A DNA stretch of 59,428 nt, counting the filler. It is 5 parts of 5 records of this genome, joined end to end, with 100 filler letters (N's around TTAATTAATTAA, not from the genome) between each part and the next. Parts side by side here need not be neighbours in the genome. Positions count along the whole stretch, not along the records: positions 46,058 to 59,428 come from SRR20825019_2445; 4 more parts are not named here. The stretch is one strand, 5' to 3'. The notes under the pieces were generated by a model that worked only from the letters and a program-made list of their open reading frames with translations, searched no databases and was not told the DNA's origin. The first letter of the stretch is position 1. The number at the start of each line of letters is the position of its first letter. Of the stretch, positions 59,188 to 59,428 are shown in pieces. A program made the position numbers and the translations under genes.

Positions 59188-59428
59188 ATGGGATATCTCA
59201 ATCGCCGAACTCTGATCGCGGCACTCGGGCTGACCACCGCGCTGAGCCTCACCGGCACCTCCTGGGCCCAGGATGTGCCAAAGGTCGCGGCCATCTGGAC
59301 CGTGCCGGTCGAGCAGCAATGGGCCAGCCGCCTGCATAACGCTCTGGTCGCTGCCGAAGAGGCCGGCGAGATCGACTACGTCTATTCAGAAAACATCACC
59401 AATACCGATTATGAGCGCGTCATGCGCG
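59188..59428 (+). CDS. BMP-family (nucleoside-type) ABC substrate-binding protein, 3' truncated
   Basis: Not in the ORF track; translates MGYLNRRTLIAALG...KVAAIWTVPVEQQWASRLH.AL...EIDYVYSEN.TNTDYERVMR. Confidence 0.8.
   Translation, partial: MGYLNRRTLIAALGLTTALSLTGTSWAQDVPKVAAIWTVPVEQQWASRLHNALVAAEEAGEIDYVYSENITNTDYERVMR

Overview
The window is five contigs joined by 100-bp artificial spacers (44 N + TTAATTAATTAA + 44 N), so nothing should be inferred across junctions. Taxonomic labels are inferred from composition and gene families. (1) 1-20788: AT-rich Bacteroidota-like locus with a DNRLRE protein, an OmpH-like lipoprotein, a giant YD/TcB-like protein, a PKD protein, a LolA-like protein, a 3242-aa RHS protein ending in a lipase-like C-terminal domain, and a candidate immunity gene. 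(2) 20889-25940: alphaproteobacterial two-component system, a choice-of-anchor I alkaline-phosphatase-like lipoprotein with Pho boxes, a renalase-like oxidoreductase and DUF2256. (3) 26041-40489: Marinobacter-like housekeeping genes, then an integron cassette array (attI-like site plus progressively decayed attC sites) with no adjacent intI. (4) 40590-45957: type I-C cas3-cas5-cas8c-cas7-cas4. The best finding lies in the cas3-cas5 gap. It holds a TTGACA promoter, an unannotated 31-aa hydrophobic ORF with a strong SD, and a one-spacer mini-CRISPR. The spacer matches that promoter next to a TTC PAM, with mismatches only at positions 6 and 12 of the first 17 nt. This is a candidate CRISPR-repressed peptide toxin/antitoxin and Cascade autoregulation module (CreTA/CreR-like). 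(5) 46058-59428: Rhizobiales (Devosia-like) epmB-epmA-efp, plus an F420 salvage/utilisation cluster (fgd, cofE, F420-0 ABC transporter, LLM oxidoreductases). Three RutR-like operators tie that cluster to nucleoside/pyrimidine catabolism.
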